The notes beneath the pieces are model-generated. The model did not search any database and had not been told where the DNA came from. It saw only the letters and a program-made list of their open reading frames with translations. A stretch of DNA of 40,118 bases, counting the filler, from Candidatus Woesearchaeota archaeon (GTDB lineage Archaea > Nanobdellota > Nanobdellia > Woesearchaeales > JACPBO01): assembly GCA_016180285.1 (NCBI GenBank). It is 2 parts of 2 records of this genome, joined end to end, with 100 filler letters (N's around TTAATTAATTAA, not from the genome) between each part and the next. Parts side by side here need not be neighbours in the genome. Positions count along the whole stretch, not along the records: positions 25,423 to 40,118 come from JACPBO010000026.1; 1 more part is not named here. The stretch is one strand, 5' to 3'. The position numbers were made by a program, and so were the translations under genes. Shown here one piece after another: positions 33,538-40,118 of the stretch; position 1 is the first letter of the stretch, and every line of letters starts with the position of its first letter.

Positions 33538-33762
33538 TTAATCTTCAGGCCAGTTCGAAGAATAAACCTCGGCTTCAACATCCTCTTTCGGCAGGATCTT
33601 CAGTGATTTATAGCATGTTCCAAGCGCCTCATTCAGTTTCTTATGCTCATCATCGCAGAAAGGCAGGTGTTTGCTCTTGCCGCAGGTGCATAAGCTGCAT
33701 CTCTTTCCCTTCTTAAGCACGATCTTCTTTGCATTATCCGGGAGCTTATCTTCGTCTGCCAT
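33538..33762 (-). CDS. CDGSH iron-sulfur domain protein
   Basis: LCTCGKSKHLPFCDDEH (C-x-C-x2-S-x3-P-x-C-D-x2-H). Confidence 0.9.
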   Translation of the reverse strand: MADEDKLPDNAKKIVLKKGKRCSLCTCGKSKHLPFCDDEHKKLNEALGTCYKSLKILPKEDVEAEVYSSNWPED

Positions 33763-33878
33763 AGCAATAAAAGCGGGCAGGATTATATAAAGTTAACCCA
33801 AAAAAATCATTCGCAATAAAAACCAAAGATTTATATATGTGTGTTACTACCCTTTAGTAAATTTTTTTTAAGATAAAA

Positions 33879-34571
33879 ATGAAAAATCCCCAAGTTGTTA
33901 AAATCGGTGCAAGCTCGATAATAAAGAACGGAAAAGCTGATCAGGCTATTTTAAAGCACATAGCTTACGATGTAAATAAATTGAGTGAAGAAGGCACGCA
34001 TTCTATATTGGTCGTATCAGGAGCAATAAAGCTAGGAATGCATATTCTTGGCTATGAAAAGCAGCCTGCAAATGATGATATACTGGCATTGCAAAGATGC
34101 GCCTGTGTTGGCCAAAAGGAATTAATGAAAGAGTATGACAAGGCATTTGATGGATATGCAACAATCTCTCAGCTTTTAGTCACATTCCACAATTTAGAAT
34201 ACCTAAAGGAGGAAAAAAATATAGAAAATAGGATAAAAGATGATGTTATGCACGGCATTATAACATTAATCAATTACAATGACGGAATTGACAGCAGAGG
34301 CATTGTTTTGTATGATAAGAAAAAACCAGTAATCCGCGATAATGATCTTTTAGCAGCACAAGTTGCGAAATATGCCAACGCTTCCAGGTTAGTAATACTG
34401 ACTAATTCAGATGGAAAAGGAACAATGGGCAACAGGGAAACAAAAGAAGATGCTGTGAAATCAGCAGAAGCAGAAGGGATCGAAGTTATAGTTGGTGAAT
34501 GCGCTAAAGGCCTTTATAATCTGGTAACTGGCAAGGAAAGGCCAAATTACAGAACATGCCGAAACGTTTAA
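33879..34571 (+). CDS. Glutamate 5-kinase-like (amino-acid kinase family), shortened
   Basis: VVKIG.SS; VSGAI..G; Q..A.VGQ..LM..Y; SQLLVT; IN.ND; DND.LAA.VA....A..LVILT; G...TK. Confidence 0.8.
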   Translation: MKNPQVVKIGASSIIKNGKADQAILKHIAYDVNKLSEEGTHSILVVSGAIKLGMHILGYEKQPANDDILALQRCACVGQKELMKEYDKAFDGYATISQLLVTFHNLEYLKEEKNIENRIKDDVMHGIITLINYNDGIDSRGIVLYDKKKPVIRDNDLLAAQVAKYANASRLVILTNSDGKGTMGNRETKEDAVKSAEAEGIEVIVGECAKGLYNLVTGKERPNYRTCRNV

Positions 34572-34597
34572 ATATAATATAGCAGAAAAGACATTAA

Positions 34598-36046
34598 ATG
34601 GAAGAATCAAAAAAAGATATCGGCATCACAGTAAAGAAAGACAGGGATTTTTCAGAGTGGTACCAGCAGGTTATTCTTAAGTCTGATCTGGCGGACTACA
34701 GCTTAGTTGGCGGCTGCATTGTTTTCAGGCCGTATTCTTATGCAATCTGGGAAAAGGTTGTCAAGGCAGTTGATGACCGCTTGAAAGCAATGGGTGTCAA
34801 GAATGCTTACTTCCCGTTATTCATCCCTGAAAAGCTGCTGAAAAAAGAAGCAGAGCATCTAAAAGGGTTCTCCCCCGAAGTTGCATGGGTTGATTATGCA
34901 GGTGACACAAAATTAGAGGAAAGGCTTGCAGTAAGGCCGACATCAGAAACAATAATGTACGATTCTTATTCAAAATGGATACGTTCCTGGAGAGATTTGC
35001 CTTTAAAGATAAACCAGTGGAATTCAGTTGTTAGATGGGAATTCAAGCATGCAGTTCCTTTTTTGAGAACAAGAGAATTTTTATGGAATGAAGGCCACAC
35101 AGTTTTCGCAGATAAAAAAGAAGCAGAAAAGGAATGCATCGACATACTGAATATGTACAAGGAAATCTTGGAAGAATATTTCGCGTTATACAATCTGCCT
35201 GGAAAGAAAACAGACAAGGAAAAATTTGCAGGTGCTGAATACACTTTCTCTCTGGAGATTTACATGCCTAACGGCAGGGCAATACAGGGCCCTGACTCGC
35301 ATCATGACGGGGAAAACTTTGCCAGGGCATTCAACATAAAATTCCTTGACAAGGACGGAAAGGAAAAATTTGCAATCCAGAATACATGGGCGATAACAAC
35401 AAGGATGCTCGGTGTTTTATTTGCAGTGCATGGCGATGATAAGGGATTGGTCCTTCCGCCAAAGCTGGCTCCGATACAGGCAGTAATTGTTCCGATATTC
35501 TTCAAGGAATCTGAAAAAGAAAAGATAATGAAAAAAGCAGAAGAAATAAAATCGAAGCTAAAGGACTATTCAGTTGAGCTTGATGCAAGGGAAGAATATA
35601 CGCCAGGATACAAGTTCAACGAATGGGAGATGAAAGGTATTCCGATAAGGATTGAGCTCGGGCCGAAAGACATTGAAAAGGATCAGGTTGTTTTAGTCAG
35701 AAGAGACAACGGCAAAAAAGAAGCAGTAAAAATAAGCGATTTGGCTAAAAAAATAAAAGCAATGTTAGATGACATTCAGGATTCCTTATTCAAAAGCTCA
35801 AAAAAATTAACAGAGGACAATATTGTAAAAACAGGCAATTGGAACGAGCTTCTTAAGGCAATTGAAAGCAAAAAGCTAGTTCTTACGCCATCCTGCGGCA
35901 CTCCGGAATGCGAAAACTGGATCAAGGATAAGACAGGCGGGGCAAAGGCATTGAACATTCCGTTTGATCAGCCAAAGGGCATAGGCAAGTGCGTGCACTG
36001 CGGAAAAGAAGGAAAGTATTGGGTATATTTCGGGAAGAGCTATTAA
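34598..36046 (+). CDS. proS: Prolyl-tRNA synthetase (archaeal/eukaryotic type)
   Basis: FSEWY..V; GC..FRPY; FP.FIP; EVAWV; RPTSET; VRWE....PFLRTREFLW.EGHT; EKFAGA; GL.LPP..AP.Q; C-terminal CxxC..FGKSY. Confidence 0.98.
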   Translation: MEESKKDIGITVKKDRDFSEWYQQVILKSDLADYSLVGGCIVFRPYSYAIWEKVVKAVDDRLKAMGVKNAYFPLFIPEKLLKKEAEHLKGFSPEVAWVDYAGDTKLEERLAVRPTSETIMYDSYSKWIRSWRDLPLKINQWNSVVRWEFKHAVPFLRTREFLWNEGHTVFADKKEAEKECIDILNMYKEILEEYFALYNLPGKKTDKEKFAGAEYTFSLEIYMPNGRAIQGPDSHHDGENFARAFNIKFLDKDGKEKFAIQNTWAITTRMLGVLFAVHGDDKGLVLPPKLAPIQAVIVPIFFKESEKEKIMKKAEEIKSKLKDYSVELDAREEYTPGYKFNEWEMKGIPIRIELGPKDIEKDQVVLVRRDNGKKEAVKISDLAKKIKAMLDDIQDSLFKSSKKLTEDNIVKTGNWNELLKAIESKKLVLTPSCGTPECENWIKDKTGGAKALNIPFDQPKGIGKCVHCGKEGKYWVYFGKSY

Positions 36047-36085
36047 ACAGAAAATAATTTAAATCAATCTCGACTTTCTTATAAT

Positions 36086-36457
36086 ATGACAGCAACCTTT
36101 AAGATCGGCAGCAAGGAATTCAGCGCAGACAACAGGGCACTGCCGCAGCCCCACGATGTCATGTTCAGCCTGTTTGAGCCTACAAACGATCACAGCATGT
36201 TTACAGGCGAAAACAGGGATTTCCTCATAAAAGGCGCATTCTTCATTTTTTTCATCTTCATTTTAAGGTTTATCTTTACAGAATCTGTTCCAAAGCCGCT
36301 GGATATTTTATTTCTGGTTTTCGGCATAATAATCGCAGTTGTTTTTTTAGTGCAGTACTTTGACCTGGTTGAGAAGATGTCCAAGAGATTCGGCATCTTT
36401 AAGGCAACAATGCTCGGCATATTGCTTTTAACTGTGATGATATTCGCGGTGGTTTGA
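36086..36457 (+). CDS. Hypothetical membrane protein
   Basis: 123 aa, three hydrophobic segments, TATA box upstream. Confidence 0.65.
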   Translation: MTATFKIGSKEFSADNRALPQPHDVMFSLFEPTNDHSMFTGENRDFLIKGAFFIFFIFILRFIFTESVPKPLDILFLVFGIIIAVVFLVQYFDLVEKMSKRFGIFKATMLGILLLTVMIFAVV

Positions 36458-36727
36458 ATGATATTAAGGCTATTGGGGATTTTGGACCTGATCTCAGCAG
36501 CGATCATACTTCTTGCAGCCACTATGCCGCACAAGATGGTGTGGGCAGTAGGCGTCTATCTTATTGCAAAAGGCGGTTTATTTGCATTCTCAGGCGACTT
36601 CATAAGCTTTGTTGACGTTGCCATTGGCTTCTATGTACTGGCCCTTTCGTATGGATTTGCAGTAACAATAGTTACAGTCCTTGTTCTGGTCTACATGGCC
36701 CAGAAAAGCGTTATGAGTTTGGTTTAG
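36458..36727 (+). CDS. Hypothetical small membrane protein
   Basis: 89 aa, highly hydrophobic; LGILDL...YLI.KG..F..D..S..D; abuts the previous gene. Confidence 0.7.
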   Translation: MILRLLGILDLISAAIILLAATMPHKMVWAVGVYLIAKGGLFAFSGDFISFVDVAIGFYVLALSYGFAVTIVTVLVLVYMAQKSVMSLV

Positions 36728-37633
36728 TTATAGAAGATATTTGCAGAAATGCCCAATTATTTTCTGTTTAACAAATTGATACTCTGGCTCTTGATTGAAA
36801 CAATCGTCTATTCTAGTGGCTTTGTTTAATCCATGGTCTGCGCCATCAACAATAAAGAGCTCTTTTGTATCGCTGCCTAACTTGTCATACATCTTCTTTA
36901 TTTGATCAGGTAGCTTCCCTCCTTTAATTCCAAGAAGCTTGTCTTCTCCGCCATATACTAAAAGAGCCGGTTGTTTGATTTGCTCAACCGCATCATCTAA
37001 TCTTGGAGCATTTGTTATCCATTGCATAAGCTTTTTTATGTCTTCTATCTTTAAAGCGCCAAATTGCGCATATGGCTGATATCCTTCTTCTGTTAAAAAT
37101 TGAGCATGCGACTTGTTTCGATAATTTACATTGCGTCTAGATTCGATCTCATCAAAGACAATTGTTCCAAATCTGATAAGCGACAGGGGAACGTAGCTTA
37201 AGAATATTTGCGTATATGAAGGAACAATATCTTGAAGCCCGGCTGGAGTTGAAGTCAGGCAAATGCAGTTTAAGATCTTTTCATCCTGCGCAGCAGTTAA
37301 GCCTACAGCCATGCCCCCAATCGAATTTCCATGAGCTCCTAAATAAGTCAACCCATGCCTTTTTCTTACGATGTCTTGGATAACATATACGCTTTTGTGC
37401 ATCTGCCTTAAATCCCAACTGCCAGAAGACTCTCCTTGGGAGTTTATGTCAAAGGTCCAGGTTTTAAAATATTTATTCAGTTTTTTTGCAATTTCCTCTA
37501 AAGATGATCTGTGCTCTGTAAACCCCGGAAATAAAATCACCCCGTTTTTTGCTGAAGAATTATCGTAATAAGTGCCTGCTATTTTTACTCCATCTTCCAT
37601 ATTGATTTCTATTTTTTCAGCACAATCTTTCAT
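36728..37633 (-). CDS. Alpha/beta-fold hydrolase
   Basis: PGF; D...QGES.G; nucleophile elbow GNSIGG; G.ED; GADH. Confidence 0.88.
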   Translation of the reverse strand: MKDCAEKIEINMEDGVKIAGTYYDNSSAKNGVILFPGFTEHRSSLEEIAKKLNKYFKTWTFDINSQGESSGSWDLRQMHKSVYVIQDIVRKRHGLTYLGAHGNSIGGMAVGLTAAQDEKILNCICLTSTPAGLQDIVPSYTQIFLSYVPLSLIRFGTIVFDEIESRRNVNYRNKSHAQFLTEEGYQPYAQFGALKIEDIKKLMQWITNAPRLDDAVEQIKQPALLVYGGEDKLLGIKGGKLPDQIKKMYDKLGSDTKELFIVDGADHGLNKATRIDDCFNQEPEYQFVKQKIIGHFCKYLL

Positions 37634-37774
37634 ATATCACCTCATACCTAAGATATCTAAGGCCATACGATGTGCTATACAGGGGCAGTATTTAAATTTT
37701 TCTATTAATCCATCACTTTCAAGTGGTTAAAAATAGAAAGGTTTATAAATACTGCCTTCTTTTTAATTTTAATC

Positions 37775-38266
37775 ATGAATCAAAAAAATAGACAAGGAAT
37801 CAAGAATGCATTTTATTTCATAGGAATTCCTGGAACTTTAGTCTTTTTATACTATAATAACTCAAAAAATGATAAGGCTATGCAAGAATCAGGGTCGAAG
37901 TTTCAGGAAGTAACAATAAGATTAGAGAAACTTATTGTCTCTGATTCAATTCCTTCTAAATCTGAGATGGAATCAATAACCAGAGATATACACAATTTAA
38001 AAGAGTATTCAGTATCTTCCGTTAAAAGTAACATAGGCCTTATACTTGAAGATAGCAACCTTCTTGATACAAGCGATAAACACGGATTTAAGTCAACATT
38101 ACTTGACACAAGGGACACTTTAAATGCTTTAAATATGAATAATCATTATCATAGAAATCCTTACATTAGCCAAAACTTCTTGATTAATGGACTATTAATA
38201 CTGGCTTTAGCGTGCTATACAGCAAAAAGAATATATCGCTCAATAATTCCAACTAAAAACAAATAA
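37775..38266 (+). CDS. Hypothetical protein with two TM segments
   Basis: 163 aa low-GC ORF with TATA box (TTTATAAA at 37742). Confidence 0.65.
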   Translation: MNQKNRQGIKNAFYFIGIPGTLVFLYYNNSKNDKAMQESGSKFQEVTIRLEKLIVSDSIPSKSEMESITRDIHNLKEYSVSSVKSNIGLILEDSNLLDTSDKHGFKSTLLDTRDTLNALNMNNHYHRNPYISQNFLINGLLILALACYTAKRIYRSIIPTKNK

Positions 38267-38289
38267 AAAACACTTTTTACTTATACAAA

Positions 38290-38631
38290 ATGATTTACAA
38301 CGAGTATAAAAAAACAATAAAGGATATAGAATTCGGAGTTAAATATTACATGCTTTCTGATATCGGATATGTTCTTGAGATAAGCTCCAGCAAGGCAGCA
38401 GAACAAAAATTTGTAAAACTTGATTTGAATTTGGAATGCATTATAACTGGTTTTTATGGTTATAGCTATACTCGTATACAGCGTAATGAGCGAGCTAAAT
38501 CAGAAGACTCTTCACTAAAAAATGAAGTTGAACTAAACTTAACAGACTTCTTAAAAAATCCAAGATTTAAGCTGCACAGGCAAATTTATGAAGAAGCACT
38601 GCAAAAATTAAAAGAAGAAATTAAAAAATAA
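38290..38631 (+). CDS. Hypothetical protein
   Basis: 113 aa low-GC ORF filling the interval before the convergent GTPase. Confidence 0.6.
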   Translation: MIYNEYKKTIKDIEFGVKYYMLSDIGYVLEISSSKAAEQKFVKLDLNLECIITGFYGYSYTRIQRNERAKSEDSSLKNEVELNLTDFLKNPRFKLHRQIYEEALQKLKEEIKK

Positions 38632-38652
38632 GTTCTTCTGCTGCCAGAATAA

Positions 38653-39765
38653 TCATCTCAAATGTATCTCAACAACATCTTCGTCTTTCAGCGCATAGTT
38701 CAGTGAAAGCTTCTGCCCGGGGAACTTTGAAGATCCCCACACTCTTGCAAACTTAAACTTGCTGGCGAAATCCCTGTGCAGCCTGTCGCACATATCCTTT
38801 ACTGTCGAATCTTTTTTGACTATCATCGGCACATCCAGATCAGCCTTCTTTCCTATTTCCTTGCAGTAAACCCTCATCAAGTTCAGTCTTTTAAAAATTA
38901 AAGCTTTCAGCTCTTCTGTATTTATCTTTCTCTCCGCTGAAATGCACAAGTCAGGCTTTATTTCTCTCATTATATCATTAAGCTTGTCCTTGTCAACAAT
39001 ATCAACTTTATTTACAATTGTAATTGCCGGAACATATTTCTTATTGCCCTCTATCGCGTCTATGAACTGGTCTGCATCTATATTCTCCCTTATGACAATC
39101 ATTGCATTAACCAGCCCGAGCTCATTTGCAATTGACCTCATAGTTTGGTCCTGCAACTTGCTCAGCTTTACTGTCCTGCCTATCTCAATTCCGCCCCTTT
39201 CAGTTTTTGTTATTTTAACATCTGGCAGCTGCTGGTTGACCCTGATGCCTGTATCATAAACCTCTTTCAGCAAAGCAATGTGCTGCTCTGGCTTTAGCGC
39301 GTCAACAACAATCAAGACAAGGTCAGCGCTTCTCAGCATTGTAAGCACTTCCTTTCCCCTTCCTGTGCCAACAGCAGCCCCTCTGACAACTCCGGGAACA
39401 TCAAGGACCTGTATTTTTGCATGATTATACTCAAGCAGTCCCGGGATAACCGTAAGCGTTGTGAAGTCATAAGCGCCGACAGGAGAATTGGCGTTTGTTA
39501 TGGCATTTAATAACGTAGATTTTCCAACAGAGGGATAACCGACTAAAACAACAGTTGCATCTCCAGTCTTCCTCACAGCAAACCCCTCTTTTCCTTTTCC
39601 TATGCCTGCCCTGGATTCCCGCTTTTCCTTCAGCTTTGCAAGCTGCGCCTTGTACAGGCCGATGGCATGCTGTGTTTTCTTGTTGTATTTTGTATTCTTT
39701 ATCCGATCTTCCAGCTCTTTGATCTTGTCATGGAGAACGTTTTTGGCGGATTCTTTTTCAGGCAT
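38653..39765 (-). CDS. DRG/Rbg-family OBG GTPase with TGS domain
   Basis: NKKTQH.IG..KA.LA; GYPSVGKSTLL; Y.FTTL..IPG; DVPG; GRG; NKVD; ISA; C-terminal TGS (H.DF...F..A.VWG.S.KFPGQ). Confidence 0.96.
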   Translation of the reverse strand: MPEKESAKNVLHDKIKELEDRIKNTKYNKKTQHAIGLYKAQLAKLKEKRESRAGIGKGKEGFAVRKTGDATVVLVGYPSVGKSTLLNAITNANSPVGAYDFTTLTVIPGLLEYNHAKIQVLDVPGVVRGAAVGTGRGKEVLTMLRSADLVLIVVDALKPEQHIALLKEVYDTGIRVNQQLPDVKITKTERGGIEIGRTVKLSKLQDQTMRSIANELGLVNAMIVIRENIDADQFIDAIEGNKKYVPAITIVNKVDIVDKDKLNDIMREIKPDLCISAERKINTEELKALIFKRLNLMRVYCKEIGKKADLDVPMIVKKDSTVKDMCDRLHRDFASKFKFARVWGSSKFPGQKLSLNYALKDEDVVEIHLR

Positions 39766-39848
39766 ATCTTGTTGTTATGAGCATTCATTTAAATTATTTG
39801 TGGAAATTGAGGAAAACTATTTAAATCAAAAACCAAAACCAATAGCCT

Positions 39849-40118
39849 ATGCTTAATGCAATAACAGTATCAGTGGATTACTGGCAGAAGTTCGTATCCA
39901 GCCTTTGGGCTAAGCTTACATTGGCGGTGATAATCCTTTTGATCGGCTTCATAATCGGAAAGCTGGCCGGCAGGCTTGCGCAGAAGATTCTGCACCAGTT
40001 TGAAGTTGATGAAAAAAAAAAAAAAGCCGCAGGCATCAAGGTGACAATTGAAGGCATCATTGGCAGCAGCATAACTTATTTCATTTATTTTATTGCAGTC
40101 ATCATGGCCCTTAACCAG
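39849..40118 (+). CDS. MscS-family / TM-helix protein, N-terminal part (runs off the window edge)
   Basis: Manual translation MLNAITVSVDYWQKFVSSLWAKLTLAVIILLIGFIIGKLAGRLAQKILHQFEVDEKKKKAAGIKVTIEGIIGSSITYFIYFIAVIMALNQ; A.IILLIG.IIG...I...L motif. Confidence 0.75.
   Translation, partial: MLNAITVSVDYWQKFVSSLWAKLTLAVIILLIGFIIGKLAGRLAQKILHQFEVDEKKKKAAGIKVTIEGIIGSSITYFIYFIAVIMALNQ

Noticed and set aside
37312..37330. Minus-strand TTCGATTGGGGGCA as the missing tRNA-Glu 3' half
   Set aside because: It lies within the hydrolase nucleophile codons (GNSIGG) and lacks the CCCGT needed to pair with the T-stem.

Overview
A low-GC archaeal chromosome segment. Gene content and style point to a DPANN archaeon, most likely Woesearchaeota (inference). 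The core genes are the rps13-rps4-rps11-rpoD-tRNA-Leu-rpl18e-rpl13-rps9-rpoN operon, rpl1-rpl10-rpl12, rpoE1-spt4-rps24e-rps27ae, rps17e-alba, rpoL, secG/Sec61beta, NAC, MinD, ScpA, ProRS, a partial bacterial-type AspRS and a DRG GTPase. RNA genes: RNase P RNA, a short SRP-like RNA and 8 tRNA loci. Four tRNAs have introns, including a three-intron tRNA-Ile(UAU), and one tRNA-Glu lacks its 3' end. Accessory content: two Xer-family tyrosine recombinases with dif/att-like sites, a free-standing LAGLIDADG gene between tRNAs, a nucleotidyltransferase/HTH pair, orphan genes with shared cassette-like ends and several families of palindromic repeats. The most striking unexplained structures are (i) a divergent coiled-coil/winged-helix gene pair followed by a helically phased array of 15 TGGGA repeats beside a Xer/dif-like locus, (ii) an integron-like Xer cassette signature with dispersed orphan cassettes, and (iii) a thrice-repeated three-way-junction element. 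An artificial N gap with a TTAATTAATTAA linker lies at 25323-25422. All assignments come from reading the sequence and from recalled family motifs; no searches were run.
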